From Amoebophrya sp. A120 (lineage: Eukaryota > Protista > Dinoflagellata), in NCBI GenBank assembly GCA_905178155.1, contig CAJINV010000007.1, forward strand, positions 3,081,151-3,145,150: a DNA stretch of 64,000 bases, written 5' to 3'. The stretch's first letter is position 1; every line of letters begins with the position of its first letter. Below are positions 50,201 to 61,306 of the stretch, in pieces. The notes under the pieces are model-generated. The model did not search any database. It saw nothing but the letters and a program-made list of their open reading frames with translations, and was not told the origin of the DNA. A program made the position numbers and the translations under genes.

Positions 50201-53200
50201 AACCTTTGCGAGGCGAACATCAACTTTTTGATTAATTTCCTCGAAGAAACCATGAACGCCCTCGAATTGGATGAGGTGAACACCCGGCAGATGTATTCCG
50301 GAACAAGCAGTAGCAGCTTTCTGAACAAAAACAAATCGAAGGACGCTGCCGTCGCCTTCGCCGCGAGACGAACGCTGTCGGTTCACGCGGCCAACCTAAA
50401 GCACTTGGTGACGCGAAACGGGTTACAGATGTGGCAGCTGTTGACGGGGATTCTGCAACAGTACACGGAGAACCAGCTGCAGCGCGCGTTGATCCGGAAA
50501 TTGGTGTTCCCCGCGACGCAGGGCATCCTGCTGCTGATCTCGGTTTTTGACATTGAGCAGGAGGAAAATTCAGTCGTTGACCCCGGTTATTTCACGCCCG
50601 AGGAGCAAATGAAGATGGCAAGTAAAAAAGCACGCGAACGAAATACAACTTCATCCAAGAACAACTCTACTGCGATGAACGAGGATCCTGTTTCAACAGC
50701 CTCTGTGCCGGAAAATAATGGCGAAGACTCAATATCAAATGTTTCTCCGGAACAAGAGGAATATGAGTATCATGTTTAAAAACGTCCCCACCCCAGCATG
50801 GTTGTAATGCAAAGCTGCATGCTGATGATATTTCTCATGCGGAGCCCAATGAGAAACCTTTTCTAGTCGTATTTCAGAATTTGTCATGCTCCAATAAGCA
50901 TGATATGCTACATCTGTGATGCTTCTGAACCAGCTAAATAGGATCACACTACGAGGCCAAACTTGTCATGGCGCAGTCTGTTTATGTCATGCACAACAGC
51001 CAAAGCTGGCTAATTTGTATAGCAGATTGCCCATCTTGACCACTATGTTGCGAGGACGTCTTTACTCAGGATAATGAACCGGAAGACGTGGATCCGGATG
51101 ACACTGGGCCGGACTTGCCGCTGACGAAGAACGCGGAGGTGCTGTTGCTCGTCCAGCAACTCCTGCCGATTTTGCATCGTCCGGCGCTTTGGGCCGAGGA
51201 CTCCGAGCTCCGGTTGCAGTCTTTGTTCATTTATGAACTGCAAAAGTGTCGTACTAGTATGAATTGCAATACAAACTGGCGCAGAAACACAAATGTAAAT
51301 TTGTATAATGCGAATTTACCTACAGCCACTAGATTTGTACTGCATAACTGCAATTGGTACGACTACGATACGTTTGCACTGGATATCATCCTTTTAGCGG
51401 TGTCCGAAAAAGTGTTCACGCAAGTAAATACGCCCGCGCTGCTGTATCGGCGGCGAACAATTTTTCGGTCGAAACGGGTGCGCAAACAGGCGGAACGGGA
51501 GGGAAAACTGCTCAACGCGGTGCGGGATCAACTCTTTCAGAAAATGCTCATCCAAGAGCTGGTTACTGGGTACGAATATCCCGATGCATAAGTAGATCCG
51601 AGTTTGTTCGCAGGCGCACAAAGCGAGAAACGAACAAAATTTTGTACTACAGCAGCCTGCTTTTAGGACCACCTACTAGAGCTACAGCACAAAGTCTCGT
51701 TTGTGTTTAAATCTTTGTTGTTGGTGTAGTTCATATCACTCCAATGCATAGATCTACTTCTATGCAGATGAACTTTTTCGTTACGTCTGCGGCACACGAG
51801 GACGGCTTTCTAGTGCATAGTCATGATTTAGGGCGACGAACCGAAAGGGAAATTGTGGCTTTGTTCGACACCAACGGAGAGGAGGACAAGGTCGCCCACG
51901 GGCCGAGGCCGAAAATGCACCGCAAGTGGGACCGATTGACGAGCGACTTGGCGAAACAGCTGTTGTTGGTAAAGATGGAGCTGGTTTCGCAAATGTTCTT
52001 CTCAAACGCCTACCAAGTCCCGGTCGCCGACGCCGACAGGTTTCACTCCAATCGAGGCGGTGGCGGGGGTGCTAGTACGGCTGGAACTCCAAGTAGTAGA
52101 GGGCAAAGCGAACAACAACAACACCAGCAGCAGAGGAGCAGTAGGCAACCTGAAGACGGCGATATGGCTGACACGGAAATGGACGCAAGTCCAGTAGTAG
52201 TCGCGCACAGTGCAGCACCAGCAGCCACTTCTACAACACCACAGCGCGGCGCAACAAGCTACCAGGCGGCTGCTCCGCCTGCCACTCCGGCAACAAGGAC
52301 GCGAGCCGGCGTGTTCTTTCCGCCCTTTTCTCAACAAGCGTCTGGTGATGCTGATGCGAGCATGGGGAATGCGACTTCCCCCTGCAACAGCGGAGAAAAT
52401 GGTGGAGCGTGTCTGCAACCGCCGCCAGGGTTCCGGTTCGCGGGAAGTGGTTCTGGCAGTAGAACTACTTCTACACGGCCAGCAACTACATCTTCAAATG
52501 CCGCATGCCACAACTTCTACCCCAATGCATCTTCCGCGGGGGCATCCGCTTTTGCGACCGCTGCGGCGCCAGGTTTCGCGACAGCGCCTTCGCATGCGGG
52601 TACAACTACTGGAGCCCCCGCGGCTGGCGGGCCTGGCACTTCTGCGCCTCCTCCCGCGCCGGACGCCAGGACGCAGCAGCGCATGGTGTTTCGGAACCGT
52701 CGTCTCCGCCGGTCCCTGCCGTACGACCTGGGGTCTTCGGGGATTGTGTTCATGCTGGCGATGTACCGCAACCTCGCCGAAGCGGCGACCTCCACCTCGA
52801 TCGACTCCCGATCGAGCTTGATTGCCTCGACGGACGACAATTTGTTACAGACTTTCGACCAGATGCGGTTCAACGACTCTAGCTGTGCAGCCCCGGCGTC
52901 GGGGGCCTCCTCTCCGTCCGAGCACGACGACGCGGACGATAGCCCGAGTGCGCGAACGGTGGAAGAGATCGACTACTTGCTAGAACTCGCGATCCAGTTT
53001 TTCGTGGAGTACGGCACCAGCCTGACCTCGGTGGAGCGGTCGCGGGGGCCCCTGGTGAAGCACTTGTCCCGCGCGAAACAGTTGTTGTCCTTGATGCTGC
53101 AAACCTGGCCGCTGCAGACCAACAACGCGCAAGCGAAAATGATGCAGGCGCTGCTGTACGAATTGCTGACCGTGCGGGACGCGACGAGCACCGGAGCCGT

Positions 53201-56200
53201 CGGAGCCCCGTGGCTCGCCAGCGTTATTATCGCGGAGGAGTTGGCGCTTCTCCAAAGGGGCATCGAGGAAGAAATGCAGACGTTTTCGCGCCAGGCGAGC
53301 GGGGATAGCAGCGCCAGTTTCGGCGGCGGGGAGGCGGATGAACTCATCGACAGCAAAAGGGGGGGCTCGAATCTGTTCAACCTATTGAAGAAGCTGCAGC
53401 GCGTGATCGCCTGTGTCGGCACGCTCGGCCAGAAGCATCGGACCGGTTTCCCGCGCCGGAACAGTTGGAATGCGAGAGACTTCGCGGATATGACTGGGGT
53501 GCAAGTCGAACGACGACATCAAGGGACTAGGGCTACTGCAACGGGAGATGTTGATGACGAAACCTCCGCACAGGAGAGAACGCAATTCGTCACCCGGACG
53601 GAGACGGCGACATCTCTGTCCTCCGATTTTTCCGCCGGCGCAGGCGGTGTAGAAGACGGAGGCTCGGGAGCCTCTGCTTCCGCTGCTGCTGCAGGTAGTT
53701 GTAACAATAATACGGGTTCCGGTTCTTGGCCTCCTCGTGCGGGAGGTGGAGCTGCGTCAGCACCGACCGGCGGAAATCCAAGAACAACCACGCAGATCCC
53801 CCCTCCCCGGTCGGGCAGTCGAGCAAGAAGTGCGGCCCGGCTGACCCACCGATCGCACGAGGAGGATCGGATCGCGAGGACGGTGCTCGTGAGCGCCATG
53901 CAGCCGGTTTTAGACATCGCCGCGAAGATGCAGGTGTTTACTGCGCAAGCGGCGGCGAACATCCGGAACCGCGCCACTTTGGCGGCCGGCCTGGCCGCGT
54001 CTTCTACGAGGACCACGCCGGGCGCCACGCAGACGCAGAAGGCGCAGCAGCAGAAGCAGTTGCAGCTGCTCGAGCAGTACGCACTGATGGCCAATGCTTG
54101 TCTCATGCACCTGCTCGAGTCGTTCGCAACCGAACTGGGAAACGAGGACTACGGGACCACGCACACGGTCCCGGCGGCCATGCAGAAGGTGATGGACTTG
54201 GCGAAGGCGAGTGCTGAAAAAGCGAAATCGCAGGAAACCACGGCCTCTGCAGTAGGAGTTGCGTCCGCACAAGAACTACCCTCCGCAAAGCCGGGGGTAG
54301 TTCTGGTACAGCCGTTCCGCACGATGGCGGCTTTGGCACCCCACCTAAACGTGGCGGCGGTTACGAACCAAGAATCTCCACTGGTGTTCGGATTTCTCCG
54401 CTACTTCTACCCCATACTCTCCGTAGACGAAACTGTTGAACTACTTCCGGGATGCAGCTCTACTGCTACTTTCCACGACCACCACCCAGTCGGACCATCT
54501 TCTTTACATCCCCGGGAAGTAGATTCTGGCCCTGACAACCCGCATTTTCAATTCTTGTCCGCACTGGGATTCTTTTCCTATCCTGGTGGACCCCCGCGGG
54601 TAGCAGTACAACAACCTGGTCCCGGCGGGGGGTTCGGTGCTAGTACAACCGGAATGATGTTGGCAGGAGCAACCGCAAGCTCGTCCAGGTTTTTTGGGCT
54701 GGGTCGGACTCGGTCGGTCGGATCTGCAATGTCGGGGATGGAGGACGTTGACGCCTCGCTCGGCGACATGGAGGAGGTTGATGAATTGGCCGAGGAGCAG
54801 GGAGGACTCCTGGACCCCCCGGAACAAGAAGACGAGGGCCGGTGGTCCACGATGGAGACGCTGCGCAACCAAAACAACAAACGGGTGCAGATGGAAGACC
54901 AGGACCCGTTTTACAGCACTTCTCTCGACCACGACCATGACGCAGGAGACGAAATGCTACAGACCGGGACGATGAACAATAAGACCACGACTACATCTGG
55001 TTCTTGCTGTGCCAGAACCACTACTTCCAGAACCACAGACTCTTCCTCCGGGAGCAGTACATCAACCAGAAACTGCGCACCGACCCTGTACTACTTCGAG
55101 TTTTGCACGCAGTTCATCATCCGCACTGCGCGGGAATTGACCCTGCTCAATGGCGGGTTGAGTCGAACGCCAGGCGGTGGACCGCGAGGACTACTACATC
55201 AAGACCAGCTGCCTATGAACAACTTGGGAAGTAGAATCAATATGACGACCGGTGAGGTGCTGGACGACAACCACGTCCACGCGCACAACTCGGGCGCGGA
55301 GTTCTTCAGAAATGCACTGAAAAAGGTGTACGACCCGGTAACGGAGGAGTTGGTGGATGCTGCGAACACTGTGTACCGCTACTTCAACGACAAAATGATG
55401 ATGTCTACTCGCGGAGGTCATGGGGGTGGTCATGGTCATTTCAGTGACCGGCATCATGGAAGGACAAGGAGTGGCAACGCCGCTGCTGCTCCGGTGACCC
55501 GCCAGAAAGTTCGTTTTCTGCTCCAAACCCGGATCCCGATGTTGTTGCAGATTCTGCAGAAAGGCTTGATCCAGCCCGCGTTGGCGATAATTTCCAATGA
55601 GGAAACGAATACTTCTTCTGATGTCCACTCTACTTGGGGCAGTGAGTCGAACAGTCGAGGTGGAAGGAATTTTTATCCGCAGACAGCACCGTCCTTTTCC
55701 TCTCTATCCGGAGATGGTGGTGGTGGTGGAACAACAGGGTGGTCTCCTCCTCCACAGCAGCAGGACGAGACGACAGCTGGTGCAGCTGCCTCTTCCGCTT
55801 TCAAAAGCAACACGTTCGTGAGCAATGTGATCCGCGATTACCTTCGCATCACTATCGCGAAAGCTGGGCTGGGAAACAAGTGGGCCTTTCGGCCGAGGGC
55901 CAGTGGAGTCGGGATACGGAAGGGGGGTAGAAGTAGCCGCGAGTCGATGGTGTTGCTGCCTGAAGATGAGCCTAGGCCATCATCGGATCTCTTCGGTGGT
56001 AATATGATGCAGCAAGAGCAGCAGGTGGACAGCACCAGCGACACACAGGAGGCACCCGGGCTGTTTTTTCTGCACCACTTTTCGCACGACGTTGCGTCGG
56101 AATTGTTCAGTGGGGCTTATCACAAACTACGAGTCGCGCTACTGAACTTCTACCAGCCGGCGATATCGCTCTTCCCACTGCAAGAGCTAGAACTCCTTAC

Positions 56201-58340
56201 CGCGGCGAGCAGTTTGCGAGCTTACTTTAGCAACGGCAGCGCGGTGGACTTTTCCGCTCCGCAAAGCCAGTATGCCGGGTTTTCGAGCCCCGACGACGGT
56301 CTGCACGGGTGCGTGCTGGAAGCCAATCCTTTAGTGGAGGTGTTGCAGGGGGTAATTGGGGAGTACGAAAGCATGTTGAAACGCGAAGCAGCCCGGCTGG
56401 GGGTTCCGGTACTATAGGAGAGGTTTCGGTTTGTAGTTCATTATTTCCGGGTACTTTGTTTAGAGGTAAAATGTTGTTCTTCGTCAACATTCGACATATT
56501 GAATTCTTCGTAAATAAACATTAAGAAGTTCTTTTGTGGGTCGACCACAACCGCCGCATGACAATTGATATAAAACGCAGGACCCCCAAGGAGCTTACCA
56601 ATCTCCCTCCGGGTTACTGCAGTATCGCGGAATTCAGACGGACGAGAAGAAAACCAACAACTACCTGTTTGAAGCCACGGAAGACAGCGAGCGAAAGATT
56701 GGGAGTGAGCTGCAGGAGAGAATTCTCCTTCTGTTCGCGGCTTCTTCCGACCAGTTCTGCCAAGCGGAGTGGTTCACCTTACTCGTGCAGAAAGTTGCCG
56801 TCCCGACGGTGTCCTTGTACCAGGCGACCAAGGGCATGTTCCGCGGTGACTCCCTGATCGACTTTGTGAAGTCTTTGCACCGTTCCTGCGGGAAAAAGTT
56901 ACTCTACACCTCCTCCGCGGCCAGCAGTCCATTGGTGGTATGACAATGAACAACTCCCCCTTCCCCTCATTTGTATTGCATGAACACCAGCAATACAAAC
57001 ACCAGCACATCACGTGGAGCCTGTGCATGACAAATTCATGCGTCCGAAGCTGCTTGCGGCGACGGTGCAAAGGTTTTTGAAGTGGCGCAGTCGGGTATGC
57101 GGGACAAATTCATGCGCCTGGTGTAGTACTGTTTGGATTTCCGGAATTTGTTATGCACGCGGTGCCACAAGGTAGCTCAGCAACTGGATTTGGAGGGGGA
57201 GGGGGAGTTGTGCACCGTCATAGGTGGTAAACGTCGAGCACCAGAAGTTGAAATCCTCTTCGGTTTATGGAGAAAATCATGGGCGGACGAACAACATCAA
57301 CGGCGCAAGAACCCCAGGAACAACCGCCCCCTCTTTGGAGCATCAAAATACTAGCAAGTTTCTGACCCCGGCCCAAGCGTACGACGTCATTTCCGCGGTG
57401 CTGATCTTTGTGAAGGACGCCGTTGTGGTCGAGCGGTCCGGCGAGTTGCAAAAGCAGCTGTTCGAACTGCTGGAGGAGGTTCTGGACGGTGTCGGGATGA
57501 CTTCTTGTGTCGAAGAAAGTAGTACGACAAGTGCTGATCAAAACAGCGGTCGTTTTTGTGCGGGGAGCGCTGCTTCCTCTTCTTCCTCATGCGCTGCAGC
57601 GTCCGCTTCGACCCCAACTTGGCAACAGCAACTGAAGGAGTCAAAGCACTTATTGCAAGAAAAAATTCCCCCTCCCCATATTGAAAGCGCATCCGTCTGA
57701 AAATTCATGATGCAGATTTGTGATCACAAATCTGTCTTCCAAGAAGGCACACTCAGTCTGTCCGCCACGCTATGCACGCGATTTGTAATGCTTTAAGGCC
57801 TACTTACAGATGAGCCGTCTACGATGCTAGGCGCCTGCACCAAGAGGCCCCCGCCTTGGCTCAGGACCTGCGTGCATTCCTCTACTGCAGCACAAATCTG
57901 ATTTGTGTTTCCAAATCCAGCATCTGAAATTTCGTTTTGATATGGGGAGGGGGGATTTTTTCTTTTGACGCCACTACTGGGAACTGTTCGAAGCCGTGCT
58001 CCAGGTGCTCACGGACGGCGAGCATGGGGGCGGGCTGCTGTTTCAGGTCAAGTTTGTCCGGAAGTTTCTCCGACAAATCACCTGGAAAAACCAAGACCGA
58101 GACAACGACGCGCTACGATCCTTCCGCCCGAAAGTGGCTTCTTGGCTGACCAGGTTTCCGGGCATGCGGGCGCCGGGAAAGGCGACCGCTGTGGTCGACA
58201 TGCTGATCGATACCGCGAACAGCAGCAAGTCTGAGAACGAGTTTTTCGGCGTAATCCAAGATTTTTTGCTCGACCGGAAGATTTACTACGGGGGCGGGGC
58301 AGCTTATCAGGAGCCGGCTGCGCTACCGCTGTGTTCCTAA
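44223..58340 (+). CDS. Giant unknown protein (~4,177 aa) with N-terminal signal peptide and extensive low-complexity regions
   Basis: Exons 44223-49448, 49754-50767, 51079-51569, 51752-56408, 56581-56938, 57228-57650 and 57976-58340 total 12,534 nt in one open frame (4 introners; GT-AG introns 51570-51751 and 56409-56580). Hydrophobic leader from ATG 44271: MKTLPLLGTMPLLLQLLVLFQCLC. No recognisable domain. Confidence 0.72.
49449..49748. mobile_element. Introner, family C (300 nt), TSD TCCTC/CCCTG
   Basis: Reverse relative of 19990-20272. Join GSVL|GASFF. Confidence 0.9.
50768..51073. mobile_element. Introner, family C (306 nt), TSD ATGAG/ATGAA
   Basis: Family-C TIRs and interior. Join EEYE|PEDVDP. 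Confidence 0.92.
56939..57222. mobile_element. Introner, family D (284 nt), TSD GGTGG
   Basis: TIR TATGACAATGAACAACTCCCCCT / AGGGGGAGTTGTGCACCGTCATA. Join SPLV|VNVEH. Confidence 0.93.
57651..57970. mobile_element. Introner, family B (320 nt), TSD GCACT/CCACT
   Basis: Family-B TIRs (right end eroded to GACG). Join SKH|YWELFE. Confidence 0.9.
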
Positions 58341-59261
58341 ATTTTCAAACCGCCCTTGGATGCGATCGTCTTCACTAGAAGAATTCAGGAATAAGTAGGT
58401 GTGCTGCTCCGTGTCAGAAATACGAATGCCTGACAGGAAAAAAGCTTCTTGTGTAGAGGAGCTGCGAGGACGAACGAAGGTGGTGTACATCGTCTGCAGT
58501 CCACCTGCCATGGGATACGCCGGAGCGCCGTGTGGCTGATAATGCAGATCGAGTATCTATCAGAGCTTAGCAGTAACCACGATACCTCTCATGCACTGTG
58601 CAGTCCCACGGATACGTTCACTTTTTTTTTTTTGCTGTTACTAGCAGGACCGTTTCCACTAGGCGTAGTACGTCGACGTTGCCGTCGACGTTTTCTTCGT
58701 GGTTTCTTGGCCGAAAAATATTCATTTGTGTAGTGCCTATTGCTTTTGCTTTTCCTTTGAGTTTGCCACGTATCTAGAGATGATCTTCCACTTAAGAATA
58801 AAGTTTGAGTTTCGATAACTTCTCTTATTTCTGTAACGAAATTGCATTGTACTGGTCCGCCGGAAATAAAAGCTGTCACGCGGCGGGAATAAGTACGTGA
58901 CTCCAGCGGGAACGAGGTCCTCCATGCCTGTTCAGTATGAGCCGGATAGCAAACGTAGCAATACTGCTGCAGCGTGCAGACTCAGTTTGCGAGAGTGACG
59001 ATTTCTGCGTTGAGTGCTGGTCCTTGACGCATGAATTGAGGGATGCAGAAGTGGAGAGCAGCTTCTGAAAAAGCTGCTTAAGAATAAAGCCTTTTCCATG
59101 TTGGCAGTGGCACTACTCACATTCTTGGGTAATTTGCAACTTTGTGGTGATGTGTAGTGAGCATTGATTGTAGTTGTGAAGTGATTTAGTACTGCCACAC
59201 AGGAGCAGCGGCAGTGGGCACCGCTTTACGGCTGCTAGAAGACGAAAAATAGAGTTCGAAA

Positions 59262-60668
59262 ATGGTTGAAATTCTCGATGGTGCCGGTCCGGAGAGCAGT
59301 TGCAATAACGCAGGTTCATCTACAACTTTGTCCTTGTCGCAGGCAGCAGGAGCTTTTAGCCGCAAAAACATGCAGAACGAAGATGTTGAAAATTTGCATC
59401 ATACAACTGCAGCTGCACCAGCATCTCCCTCTGTGCTCCCGACCCCCGCTGCCGGCCTGTCTGCAATAGTCCCGGGCCGCTACGACGCCTTGCTGATCGA
59501 CCAATTCGGCGTTTTGCACGACGGGAAAACGATTTTTCCCGGGGTCGCCAACTGCTTGGAACAGCTGAGGAGGGGGTCCACCTCCACCCCCGAGACGAAG
59601 CTAGTTCTGTTGTCTAACTCGACCAAACGGACCGCAGCCACGAAAGCGCGTCTGCAGAAGAAGATGCCGGAAATCGACAGTGACAAGTTTCACGACATGG
59701 TGACCTCGGGAGAACTATGCTGGCATTTTTTTCACGACCAAGTGAAGCCGGAGTGGAAAAAGGCGATTGTTTTTGACGTGGCGGACGGGTATTTGCCGGA
59801 GTTCATGAAGGGCCTGGAAGGAAAATTGGAATTTGTGGAAAAAGTAGAAGACGCAGACTTCGTGCTGGTGATCGGACTCGGAGGGGTGCACGTGGAGAGT
59901 AAAAAAACGAAAACCACCACGGCGGAAAGAAAAATCAGTGATGGTGAACAACAACAAGAAGCTGCTGCCACTACAACACCAGCTACATCAAGCACGACTT
60001 ATGAAGTGAAGCAAAAGCTCACTTTTCCCTTCAACCATAGCGGCGACGCGAGTCTGGAAAGTCTGGATAAAAAGATGGAGAGTCTGCTGCTAGAACAAGA
60101 AGATGAAAGGTCCCCGTCCATATCAGGTAGAAGCACCACTAGTAGTACAGTCAGAGAAGAAATCGGAATGGTAAACGGAATCTTGCAGCAAGCGAAGGAG
60201 AGAAATCTTCCGCTCGTGTGCGTGAACCCAGATTTGATTTCCGCACCGAGGAAGGACAAAACCTTTGACTTGGTCGGCGGGTTTCTCGCACGGCGGTACG
60301 AGAAAAAATTCGGGGGCACGGTGTTGTACTTCGGGAAGCCGCACGATAACATGTACAATTTCGCCTTGAAGAACGTTTTGGAGAAACAGTTCGGAATCAC
60401 GAAAAAAGCGAAGATCGCGATGGTCGGGGATTCTCTCCTGCACGACGTAACCGGGGCCAACAACGCCGGGATAGATTCCATTTGGCTGGTCGGCGGCGTG
60501 CACTACGAGGAATTGGGGCTGACAACCGTCGGACCGCAGGAGGATGGCGAGGGTGGAAGTGGTTTTTGTAGTCTTTTCCGGTCGGAGGAGAAGAAAGGGC
60601 TAGTCTCCAAGCTGATGAAAGACTTCAATGCAACGCCAACATGGCTGGTTCCCGGGTTCGTCTGGTAG
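59262..60668 (+). CDS. HAD-superfamily subfamily IIA hydrolase (phosphatase), intronless
   Basis: Motif I LIDQFGVLHDG, motif II LSNS, CVNPD, motif III GKP, motif IV MVGDSLLHDVTGA. Confidence 0.9.
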   Translation: MVEILDGAGPESSCNNAGSSTTLSLSQAAGAFSRKNMQNEDVENLHHTTAAAPASPSVLPTPAAGLSAIVPGRYDALLIDQFGVLHDGKTIFPGVANCLEQLRRGSTSTPETKLVLLSNSTKRTAATKARLQKKMPEIDSDKFHDMVTSGELCWHFFHDQVKPEWKKAIVFDVADGYLPEFMKGLEGKLEFVEKVEDADFVLVIGLGGVHVESKKTKTTTAERKISDGEQQQEAAATTTPATSSTTYEVKQKLTFPFNHSGDASLESLDKKMESLLLEQEDERSPSISGRSTTSSTVREEIGMVNGILQQAKERNLPLVCVNPDLISAPRKDKTFDLVGGFLARRYEKKFGGTVLYFGKPHDNMYNFALKNVLEKQFGITKKAKIAMVGDSLLHDVTGANNAGIDSIWLVGGVHYEELGLTTVGPQEDGEGGSGFCSLFRSEEKKGLVSKLMKDFNATPTWLVPGFVW

Positions 60669-61306
60669 ACAAGAGAGACTGCTTACTTGCTTACACGGGG
60701 GTCCTCGTTGCGCCGCGCGTACCAAGGGCTAGCGAGCTACAAAGCATATTGGCTCGCAGCAGCGCTTGTGATAGGTTCCGCAACAGGAACAGAGATGCGA
60801 TGTGGACTGTCGGTCTCAATGCATGGTTTAATCTGCGTGAAGCGCCAATCTTGAATGTTCTCACTCACTACGCGAAATTTTGTGAAATTCTATGAATGTT
60901 GAGTCAACAGGTCCTCTACTAACACTGCTAGTTACTTTACCCCCCGATTTATTCGGATAATTAAACATGATGCTCGTGTCCACCGGGTTAGCAAGAATGA
61001 AGTAGATTGTCGTCGCCTTTTCGCTCTCGTCGTTTTAGGAGAAAGATCTGTATCTATCGTGCATTCGCTGGTAATCAATCGTGGTAAATCGCGAGAGGGG
61101 CCGTGGTTAATCGCTGTCGTTTGAAACAAATCGAAAAAAGTGTTCGCTAAGAATGAGAAAATGGAGGTTCATGCTCCATCAAGAGGAAGACTTTTCAACA
61201 ATAAAGTTAAGGCAGACTCGGATCTGTTGTAGTTTTTTGCGGTAAAAAAAGACGAAAACGTAAGTCACAGTGTTCTGGAGTAGCAAAAGACCTTTGCTAC
61301 CAGACT

